Shown here: positions 57,301 through 64,000 of the stretch, piece after piece
Position numbering within the stretch: the first letter of the stretch is position 1
Layout of the letters: each line of letters begins with the position of its first letter
IMG/VR virus record: IMGVR_UViG_3300008114_000194
Location: 11,622 to 75,621 of that record
DNA length: 64,000 nucleotides
Strand: one strand, 5' to 3'
Source of the DNA: a virus
Lineage: Duplodnaviria; Caudoviricetes
The notes under the pieces: generated by a model
Seen by the model: the letters and a program-made list of their open reading frames with translations, nothing else
Databases searched by the model: none
What the model was told of the DNA's origin: nothing
Made by a program: the position numbers and the translations under genes

Positions 57301-59859
57301 ATCCCTGCTGCGCCTGATCTGTATCTCAGTCCTGCTGGCACCACTGCCAGCAATCTTGATTTTACCATTGAATTATGGTTCAATGCCAATTCAGTAGCCA
57401 CTGCTTTCCAGACCATGTGGTTGCGTAGATCCAGCCAGAATCCTCGTGGTGTTGCCATTTACCTAGCCACCAGCACACTTGATGTTTACATAGGAACCAC
57501 TGCTTGGCAAGTACAAATCACCAGTGCTGCGGGATCCATCGTGGCCAATACTTGGAATCACTGCGCTGTGACCCGAGCCGGCACAGAATATCGTGTGTTT
57601 TTAAATGGTGTGTTGGTGGGCACGTCTACTCCCACAGCGTTTGTGATATCAGATGACACCAGTCCTATCTGGATTGGAAACAACGGTACAGAAGGCACCC
57701 AATATCCTTTTGCAGGTTATATGCAGGACATAAGATTTACCGTGGGCAAGTCGAGATATGCCTATAGTTTTCCAGTGCCGTCTGCACTGTTTACCAACTA
57801 CTATACCACTGCTGCCGCACCCACTACAGATACCTACGGCAGCTATACCACAGCACTGTTGCCTGGCACAGGAACCAATCTCAGCAAAAACAATGCTGTC
57901 ACAGACGCCAGCACCAATGCTTATGCTGTCAGTACCGGAGCCGGCACCGTTACCCTAGGCACGCTGAGTCCTTATTCGGAAAATGGTTGGAGTGCATTTT
58001 TTGACGGATCCGGTGACTACTATACTGTTCCTTACTCCAGCACCACTAACATACTCAGCGGCGACTTCACTGTGGAAGGCTGGGTCAATGCCACACTGAT
58101 TGGCACAGGCAGCAGACAGATTGGAGGTCAGTGGCAGCAAACCGCAGGACAGGGCGGCTGGCAATTGGGCATTGACACCAGCGGCTTTATCAGCGTGGCC
58201 TTTGGCGCAGCAACAGAAGCCGCAGGCATCATAACCAGTTCTGTGGCCATTGCGGTCAACACTTGGTATCACATAGCCCTGGTGAGAAACGGCAGCGTGT
58301 TCACGCTTTACATCAACGGTGTCAGTCGCGGAACCTATACCAGCGCTGCCACTAGAGCCGCACTCACATCCATACCCACTACCTTTGGTAACTGGCTCAG
58401 CAGTTCGGGCACATTTCCTGCCTCGGGATCAGCAGACTTCCGTGGCTATCTGGCCGACTATCGCATAGTCAAAGGCACCGCTGTATATACCAGTAATTTT
58501 ACACCGCCCACTACACCATTGACTGCTATCTCAGGCACTGGTCTGCTGTGTTTTGCCAGTCCCTATGCTGTGGATCTATCAGGTAACAACAATACATTTA
58601 CCATCACTGGATCCACTAGAACCACACCGCAGACTCCTTATCCTCCTACATCTGCTTACTCTGCTGCTGTGAATGGCAGCAGCATGTTCTTTGATGGCAG
58701 CACTTATCTCCAACTGTCATCGGGAATAGCTATACCAGCCACAGGAACATTTACCATTGAATGTTGGTTATATATCACAGCCAGCGCCACTCAAATTTTA
58801 GTAAGTCAATATACCAGCAGCGATCCAAATCGCAGCACATTTATCATTGATAATGTTTCGGGATATAAATTAAGTTTTAACCCCGGCGGTATAGTAGGCT
58901 CTACCGTGGTTCCTTTGCAACAGTGGAATCACTGTGCAGTTACCAGAGACAGCAGTAATACTTTAAGGATATTCCTTAATGGCAAAGTTGATGCAACATC
59001 TGCTAATTATACTTCTACCATACAGCAGACACAAACAAGAATTTCAGGATTTGCCAATTCACCTGCTTATCTGTTGAATGATGCTTACATGGCCGGCCTG
59101 CGCATAACCAATACCGCGGTCTATACCGCAGCATTTACTCCACCCACCGCACCGCCCACGGCCATTGCAGGTACCACGCTGCTGTTGAATTTCACTGACA
59201 ACACTGGCCCAAGAGATGCCACTGGACGTAGCATAGTTTATTCATCAGGTGATGCCAGCATCAGTACCGCTGTCACAGATCCCTGGAGCAACAACAATGG
59301 TGTGTTGTATTTTCCCGGCACAACGGACGCCATGTTACTCAACAGCATAGGGTCCGATGCCAACAACGTCAGTCCATTATACGCTCCGCAGGGCGATTTT
59401 ACCTGGGAAGCTTGGATTTATCCCACTGCTGTGGGCACAGCACACATAGTGACCTGGGGATACAACAATACCGGCACCAGTTACGCTGGTATATATCTAG
59501 CCTTTTTTGCCAATCTACAGTGTACTTTACAGGTCAGCAGCACTGGCTCCAGCAACATAGCCGATCTGCGTGCGGGAATATTTACACTCAATCGTTGGCA
59601 GCACGTGGCAGTGTCACGTTTGGGCAGTAATCTTAGACTATTCATCGACGGTGCCTTGCTGAATGAAGCCAGCACCACTGCTGATCTCTGGGCCGGCACA
59701 GCCACTACTCCGGACTATGGATCATTTACCCTGGGCCAGCGCAATGTCAGCGGTCCACAGAATTTTAGTGGTTACATGAGCAATGTGAGATTTACCCGAA
59801 ATCGCGCTAGATATTGGAGCCCATTTACTCCACCCTCTGCGCCTTTTCCCTTGTACTAA
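54391..59859 (+). CDS. Multi-LamG (concanavalin A-like) adhesin-like protein, ~8 domains (start revised to 54391)
   Basis: AGGAG RBS and TAATG overlap; repeated S.YFDG.GDYL...DFTIE.W...W.HVAV.R.G...F.NG...GYISN.R.VKG.A.YT. Confidence 0.9.
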   Translation: MSLLQLGVSTGGTSSSSSGGGGITPTPPSAIYGEANYNNDFNYTSLQIAGTGSNNANNTSFIDSSTNNFTVTPAGDVTQGTTSPFVYGTGTDPATGYFSGYFDGTGDYLTMADNAAFALGTNNFTIEAWVLPQNSATNSFWFNQWENSASSDTNSSFVLSITSGKFQGAVAYGGSTSQVDLPGRSTVSNNQWYHVALVRNGSSLTLYVNGQSENTSTTLGGSSVNNSNLALFIGTRRDGTRPFQGYISNARLVNGTALYTSNFTVSTTPLTAVTNTQLLTCQSSQFIDNSTNVFAITSVGQAQPTPVNPFGMTAWSGYFDGTGDYLTVPDNAAFTFGSGDFTIETWVYPNALSTTVMAGKYTSSPNTGWSFELNSTGYPLIWLVGTTVATSSVAVSVAKWNHIAVTRSGTALKIFVNGVQTASATNSTNITASGLALYINSSVGAPGTIGLNGLYSNLRIVKGTAVYTSDFTPPTAPLTAISGTSLLTCQSSTFIDNSTNAFTITANGNSYTGTLNNPFGNPVNYATPPTAAYSAYFDGTNDYVLVAANTNINNLGLEDFTIECWAFLNSSSTDATIIAQNSSWATQNNYTIEVRTGGVFRAFIGDSTAIDINPGINSFPLKQWNHVAVVRRVGTTTAYINGRSVGSSTTAVNLTRNPVTSIGAFSTSGTALSNYWKGYISNFRIVRGTAVYTDNFTPPTAPLTTIPGTVLLTCQSTNFNDASIIRNVITPTNGAAIDSFTPFGLPTSVIAPATVGGSGYFDGSTDVLSVASNAAFAFGTGDFTLEAYVYPLSLTNDTLICGVDATNGALLGYSTTTVWLGARNTAYDLTATYTLPLNTWTHLAVSRQGTTARIFANGVQIATGTATRNYPQGQFTVGNYVTANIGVVGYLSSVRAVKGTAVYTTAFTPLTAPVTAIANTSLLLNFANGAIADATGKNNIQLKGNTVISTVKAKYGSGSVYFDGSGDYLQIPAAPDLYLSPAGTTASNLDFTIELWFNANSVATAFQTMWLRRSSQNPRGVAIYLATSTLDVYIGTTAWQVQITSAAGSIVANTWNHCAVTRAGTEYRVFLNGVLVGTSTPTAFVISDDTSPIWIGNNGTEGTQYPFAGYMQDIRFTVGKSRYAYSFPVPSALFTNYYTTAAAPTTDTYGSYTTALLPGTGTNLSKNNAVTDASTNAYAVSTGAGTVTLGTLSPYSENGWSAFFDGSGDYYTVPYSSTTNILSGDFTVEGWVNATLIGTGSRQIGGQWQQTAGQGGWQLGIDTSGFISVAFGAATEAAGIITSSVAIAVNTWYHIALVRNGSVFTLYINGVSRGTYTSAATRAALTSIPTTFGNWLSSSGTFPASGSADFRGYLADYRIVKGTAVYTSNFTPPTTPLTAISGTGLLCFASPYAVDLSGNNNTFTITGSTRTTPQTPYPPTSAYSAAVNGSSMFFDGSTYLQLSSGIAIPATGTFTIECWLYITASATQILVSQYTSSDPNRSTFIIDNVSGYKLSFNPGGIVGSTVVPLQQWNHCAVTRDSSNTLRIFLNGKVDATSANYTSTIQQTQTRISGFANSPAYLLNDAYMAGLRITNTAVYTAAFTPPTAPPTAIAGTTLLLNFTDNTGPRDATGRSIVYSSGDASISTAVTDPWSNNNGVLYFPGTTDAMLLNSIGSDANNVSPLYAPQGDFTWEAWIYPTAVGTAHIVTWGYNNTGTSYAGIYLAFFANLQCTLQVSSTGSSNIADLRAGIFTLNRWQHVAVSRLGSNLRLFIDGALLNEASTTADLWAGTATTPDYGSFTLGQRNVSGPQNFSGYMSNVRFTRNRARYWSPFTPPSAPFPLY

Positions 59860-59868
59860 ATTTTGCAA

Positions 59869-59875
59869 ATAAATA
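59869..59875 (+). promoter_or_regulatory. Late promoter ATAAATA
   Basis: 27 nt before GTG 59903. Confidence 0.65.
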
Positions 59876-59902
59876 TATTGATACAACTGAAAGCGAACGA
59901 TT

Positions 59903-61738
59903 GTGGCTTTAAATTTTCCCTCAAATCCCAGTGTCAACGACACTTATTCGTTTAACAACAAAACGTGGCTGTACAACGGCCAGGGCTGGATTTTGGCCAC
60001 GTCGGGATCCATCAACGCCATACCCATTGGCAACGTCACGCCTGCTTCGGGCAACTTCACCACTGTTGGCGCCACTGGCAACATAACTACAGATTTATAT
60101 TTCATAGGCAACGGCAGCCAGTTGTCAGGCATCACTGCCAGCGGCATGCTCACTGTCAGCAACGCAGCGCCTGTGGGTGCTGCCCAAGGCGATGTTTGGA
60201 TTTCAGCCAATACTGGTGTACAGTATGTGTACTTTACCAGCGGAGGTAATAGTCAGTGGGCAGAGATGGAAGCTGCCACCAGCATTGATCTAGGATCAGA
60301 AGTGGACCTTACAGCAGTGTCCAGCAACATCATTCCTACAGCTAACATCACATATGACATAGGTAACACCAGTTATAGATTCCGCGACATATATCTAGCC
60401 AACAGCACAATCTATCTAGGCTCGGCCACAATTTCTGCGACAGCTGGTAACTTACTGTTACCAGCCAATGTATCTATTGGCAACAGTAGCATAGTTGAAA
60501 GCGGAGGTGTGCTGGGATTTCCCGCAGGTACCACCATTGGTGGATCTTCACCTGAAGTACCCAAGATAAGCAACGTACAAATCACCGACAGCAGTTATAC
60601 TGTGTTAGATGACACTGCTATCAACGTTGACGGCGGCTACTTTATAGTCAATGGTTCGGGATTTGTTTCGGGAGCCACAGTCATAGTAGAAGACACCATT
60701 GCATCATCTGTGTCTTTTATCAATTCCACACTGCTGAGATGCCAAATTGGAGCCAAAGCAGCATCGTCGTACAATATATATGTGGTTAATCCAGATGGAG
60801 GCACAGCCATTAGACCATTGGGGTTAACTTTTTCAGCATTTCCTTCTTGGGTCACGGGCAGTACCTTGGCCAATGCCACTCAGAACACAGCGTTTTCCTA
60901 TAGTCTGACAGCCACCGATGCTGTCTCATATGCGCTATCACCGGGAAATTCGGTGCCCAATGGATCGGCTTTGTACAGCAATGGACAGTTTTCTGGCAAT
61001 GTGGCAGTAAATGCTAACACAGCCTATTCTTTTACTGTGATAGCCACTGATGCACAAGCACAAGATTCTCCTCGCACTTTTAGTTTTAATATCATATACA
61101 TAGCCAAACCACAGACAGTGGAATACCTAGTGGTTGCTGGTGGCGGTGGTGGCGGTGGTGGTATCGCGGGAACTTCTGAAGCAGGAGGCGGTGGTGCAGG
61201 TGGATATATAGCAACTACCGCCAACATCACAGAAGGCGTAACCTATACAGTGGTCGTGGGTGGCGGTGGTGGTGGTGGCCCAGGACCCGGCACTGGCGCA
61301 GCTGGCGGCAATTCTTCGGCCTTTGGCACTACTACTGTAGGCGGTGGCGGCGGGGCTGGATACACTGCCACTGCTGGATCTGGCGGTTCCGGTGGTGGTT
61401 CATATCCAACCAGCGGCCGTGGTGGCAATGGCAATGTTTGGCTCAACGGAACTTTTTATGCAGGTGGAGGTGGTACCACCGGAACCGCTGGTGGTTCGGG
61501 AGGTGGTGGCACCGGCAAACCTGGACCAGGTGCTGGCGTGACCAACACAGGTGGTGGTGGAGGTGCAGGCATCTCTACAAGCAGCCAGCCAGGTGGATCT
61601 GGTGGTTCAGGCGTGGTAATATTGAGATACGAAGATTATCTAGATCCTGCGGCCAATACCAATGGCACTGTTTCTGTGACCACAGCCAATGGATATCGAT
61701 ACTACACATTTACCAGTTCAGGTAATATCCGTTGGTAA
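59903..61738 (+). CDS. Fibre with MALNFP and WAEMEA modules, IPT/TIG and Ig-like domains, and a C-terminal glycine-rich domain
   Basis: GSGFVSGATV..VSFINSTLL..YNIYVVNPDG (IPT); EYLVVAGGGGGG. Confidence 0.85.
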   Translation: MALNFPSNPSVNDTYSFNNKTWLYNGQGWILATSGSINAIPIGNVTPASGNFTTVGATGNITTDLYFIGNGSQLSGITASGMLTVSNAAPVGAAQGDVWISANTGVQYVYFTSGGNSQWAEMEAATSIDLGSEVDLTAVSSNIIPTANITYDIGNTSYRFRDIYLANSTIYLGSATISATAGNLLLPANVSIGNSSIVESGGVLGFPAGTTIGGSSPEVPKISNVQITDSSYTVLDDTAINVDGGYFIVNGSGFVSGATVIVEDTIASSVSFINSTLLRCQIGAKAASSYNIYVVNPDGGTAIRPLGLTFSAFPSWVTGSTLANATQNTAFSYSLTATDAVSYALSPGNSVPNGSALYSNGQFSGNVAVNANTAYSFTVIATDAQAQDSPRTFSFNIIYIAKPQTVEYLVVAGGGGGGGGIAGTSEAGGGGAGGYIATTANITEGVTYTVVVGGGGGGGPGPGTGAAGGNSSAFGTTTVGGGGGAGYTATAGSGGSGGGSYPTSGRGGNGNVWLNGTFYAGGGGTTGTAGGSGGGGTGKPGPGAGVTNTGGGGGAGISTSSQPGGSGGSGVVILRYEDYLDPAANTNGTVSVTTANGYRYYTFTSSGNIRW

Positions 61739-61757
61739 TAACTGATAAATTTATATT

Positions 61758-63371
61758 ATGCCTATAATTAGTTTCCCTTCTGCTCCTAATTTAAACGACA
61801 CATATTCATTCAACGGCAAGACTTGGATCTACAACGGCGAAGGTTGGATGTTGTCTGCAGCAGGCAGTATCAACGGCATACCCATAGGCAATGTCACTCC
61901 TGCCACAGGTAATTTCACCACTGTAGGCGCTACTGGCAACATCACAACAGATCAGTATTTCATAGGTAATGGCAGTCAGTTAACTGGTATCACCGCCAGT
62001 GGCATGCTCACTGTCAGCAATATCGCTCCCATATCACCCTCAGCAGGAGACGTGTGGATCGCTGCCAATACAGGCGCCCAGTATGTGTATTTCACTTCAG
62101 GCGGCAATAGTCAGTGGGCTGAAATGGAAGCAGATACCAGTATCAGTATTACCACCAGCAGCGGCGCTAATATAGACTTAACTGCAGTCGCCAGTAACAT
62201 CATTCCCTCGGCCAACATCACATATGACATAGGTAATACCAGCAATAGATTCCGTGACATCTACTTGGCTAACAGCACTATCTATCTTGGTGATGCAGAA
62301 ATTTCTGCCAACGGATCAAATGTAGTACTAGCATCTGCGGTCATAACATCTGCTGTCATAGCATCGGCTACTCTGGGTAACATAAACAATGACAGCACCG
62401 GATACATGAGTTTGCCAGTGGGTAACACAGCACAACGACCTGTGGCTCCCACTGCTGGAATGATTAGATTTAACACAACTACCAACAGCCCCGAGTGGTA
62501 TGATCCCATAGGCAATCAATGGCTAAACTTGTCTCAAGGTCCCAACTACAATGTTGAATACCTAGTGATAGCCGGCGGTGGTGGAGGTGGAGGCGCACGT
62601 GGAGGTGGAGGTGGAGCAGGGGGCTATCGGACCGATACTGGAATTTCTGTCAGTGTTGGAACTAATTACACAGTGACAGTCGGTGCAGGCGGCACAGCAG
62701 GTCCAGGATCTGTTCAAGGTACTTCTGGTGGTAATTCTGTGTTCAGTTCCATTACATCCATTGGTGGTGGTGCTGGTGGAACCGGGTTTGCATCCAGTAA
62801 TAATAATGGTTTGTCAGGAGGATCCGGCGGTGGTGGCGCAGCATTATCAGCGCCCACAGGAGGCACTGGTGGTTCTGCTACCCCGGGTCAAGGTTTTGCT
62901 GGCGCGTCTTCACTAACAGGAGGTGAAGGGTACTCAGGTGGAGGAGGCGGTGGCTCTTCTTCTGTGGGAACTACCGGATCTGTTGGAAATGCGCCCGCTG
63001 GCAATGGTGGAGCTGGCACAGCATCAAGTATCACGGGTACTAGTGTGACTTATGCAGGTGGTGGTGGAGGTGGTAACTATTCCGCTGCACCCAGCCCTGC
63101 AAGGGTAGGCGGAACAGGCGGCTCAGGCGGTGGAGGCAACGGTGGGGCTTGGGGTGATGGTCCCGGGGTGCAAGTCAGTGCCACTGCTGGTACTACCAAT
63201 AGAGGTAGCGGTGGAGGTGGAGGTGGTAACACACAAGGTGGCGCAGCCGGAGGTTCAGGCATAGTTATCATTAGATATCTAGGCGCACAGCGCGGCTCAG
63301 GTGGCACAGTAACTTCTGCTGATGGCTATACTATACATACATTCACTAGTTCAGGAACTTATACAGCGTAA
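61758..63371 (+). CDS. Fibre with FPSAP/WAEMEA modules and a C-terminal glycine-rich domain
   Basis: MSLPVGNTAQRP...GMIRFNTTT..PEWY; EYLVIAGGGGGG; YTIHTFTSSG. Confidence 0.85.
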   Translation: MPIISFPSAPNLNDTYSFNGKTWIYNGEGWMLSAAGSINGIPIGNVTPATGNFTTVGATGNITTDQYFIGNGSQLTGITASGMLTVSNIAPISPSAGDVWIAANTGAQYVYFTSGGNSQWAEMEADTSISITTSSGANIDLTAVASNIIPSANITYDIGNTSNRFRDIYLANSTIYLGDAEISANGSNVVLASAVITSAVIASATLGNINNDSTGYMSLPVGNTAQRPVAPTAGMIRFNTTTNSPEWYDPIGNQWLNLSQGPNYNVEYLVIAGGGGGGGARGGGGGAGGYRTDTGISVSVGTNYTVTVGAGGTAGPGSVQGTSGGNSVFSSITSIGGGAGGTGFASSNNNGLSGGSGGGGAALSAPTGGTGGSATPGQGFAGASSLTGGEGYSGGGGGGSSSVGTTGSVGNAPAGNGGAGTASSITGTSVTYAGGGGGGNYSAAPSPARVGGTGGSGGGGNGGAWGDGPGVQVSATAGTTNRGSGGGGGGNTQGGAAGGSGIVIIRYLGAQRGSGGTVTSADGYTIHTFTSSGTYTA

Positions 63372-63380
63372 AGATAAATC

Positions 63381-64000
63381 ATGCCCGTAATTAGTTTCCC
63401 ATCTGCTCCCAGCGTCAACGACACATACTCATTCAACGGCAAGACCTGGATTTATACAGGTCAGGCCTGGAATCTAGCAACTTCAGGATCAATCAATGAC
63501 ATACCCATTGGCAATGTCACTCCTGCCACAGGCAACTTCACCACAGTAGGTGCCACAGGCAATATCACTAGTTCTGCTAATATTTCCGCATCATATTTTC
63601 TTGGCAATGGTAGTCAATTGACAGGCATTATAGCAGGTGGTACTCTCACTGTCAGTAATGTTGCGCCAATATCGCCCTCAGCAGGAGACGTGTGGATAGC
63701 AGCCAACACAGGCGTGCAGTTTGTGTATTTCTCATCAGGTGGCAACAGTCAGTGGGCTGAGATGGAATCAGATACCAGTATCAGTATTACCAGCACCAGT
63801 GGTGCCAACATCGATCTTACCGCAGTAGCCAGTGACATCATTCCTGCTGCCAACATCACATATGACATAGGCAATACCAGCAACAGATTCCGTGATATCT
63901 ATCTAGCCAACAGCACTATCTATTTAGGTGATGCTACAATTTCAGCCAATGGTTCAAATGTAGTCATGGGCTCGGCTATCATAGGAAATATCACCAATGA
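63381..64000 (+). CDS. Partial paralogue of 61758-63371, running off the right edge
   Basis: Manual translation MPVISFPSAPSVNDTYSFNGKTWIYTGQAW...QWAEMESDTSISIT...FRDIYLANSTIYLGDA; DNA nearly identical to 61758 onward. Confidence 0.85.
   Translation, partial: MPVISFPSAPSVNDTYSFNGKTWIYTGQAWNLATSGSINDIPIGNVTPATGNFTTVGATGNITSSANISASYFLGNGSQLTGIIAGGTLTVSNVAPISPSAGDVWIAANTGVQFVYFSSGGNSQWAEMESDTSISITSTSGANIDLTAVASDIIPAANITYDIGNTSNRFRDIYLANSTIYLGDATISANGSNVVMGSAIIGNITN

Noticed and set aside
18300-63307. Many 60-230 aa minus-strand and alternate-frame ORFs in the track (e.g. 22717-23256, 24559-25068, 25237-25920)
   Set aside because: Shadows of repetitive + strand genes, with no promoters, RBS or motifs
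51429-63371. Collagen-like or ice-nucleation proteins
   Set aside because: Glycine runs are not G-X-Y triplets and there is no INP octapeptide periodicity
1-64000. CRISPR array, tRNA, rRNA, IS or integrase
   Set aside because: No fixed repeat-spacer periodicity, cloverleaf/T-arm or transposase motifs recognised by eye; tRNAscan-SE would be needed to fully exclude tRNAs
51429-64000. Diversity-generating retroelement acting on adhesins
   Set aside because: No reverse transcriptase in the window, and paralogue differences are mostly synonymous or indel rather than adenine-specific
1-64000. Alternative genetic code (stop reassignment)
   Set aside because: Long intact ORFs in code 11; TAA, TAG and TGA all terminate genes at expected ends

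Overview
This is a 64-kb segment of a large lytic T4-like (myovirus-type, probably jumbo) dsDNA phage. The host is inferred to be a proteobacterium, plausibly Burkholderiales, from the cytochrome c551/c552 and ErpA sequences. Bases 1-18.3 kb are an accessory region of small genes driven by a repeated sigma70-type early promoter (TTGACC-N17-TATAAT/TATACT, often preceded by a hairpin). It holds two DNA amino-methyltransferases, two minus-strand nuclease(-like) genes under T4-type late promoters (TAAATA), and host-derived genes: GGCT, ROK/Mak kinase, YccA/BI-1, cytochrome c, metallophosphoesterase, IF-1, Fe/Mn SOD and ErpA. Bases 18.3-64 kb are a late structural module: gp9/gp10-like proteins, a baseplate wedge, very long Asn/Gly/Thr-rich fibres, two S8 subtilases, glycine-rich adhesin-like proteins and an 8x LamG protein. 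Highlights are: (i) a divergent methylase/nuclease-like pair with overlapping early and late promoters; (ii) a SOD with a capsid-targeting-like N-terminus; (iii) a recurring set of putative docking modules suggesting a branched fibre/adhesin/protease apparatus; and (iv) four short frame-breaking deletions that are either real decay or assembly artefacts. No tRNA, rRNA, CRISPR, IS or DGR was recognised. All family calls come from motif recognition by eye; no database search was run.
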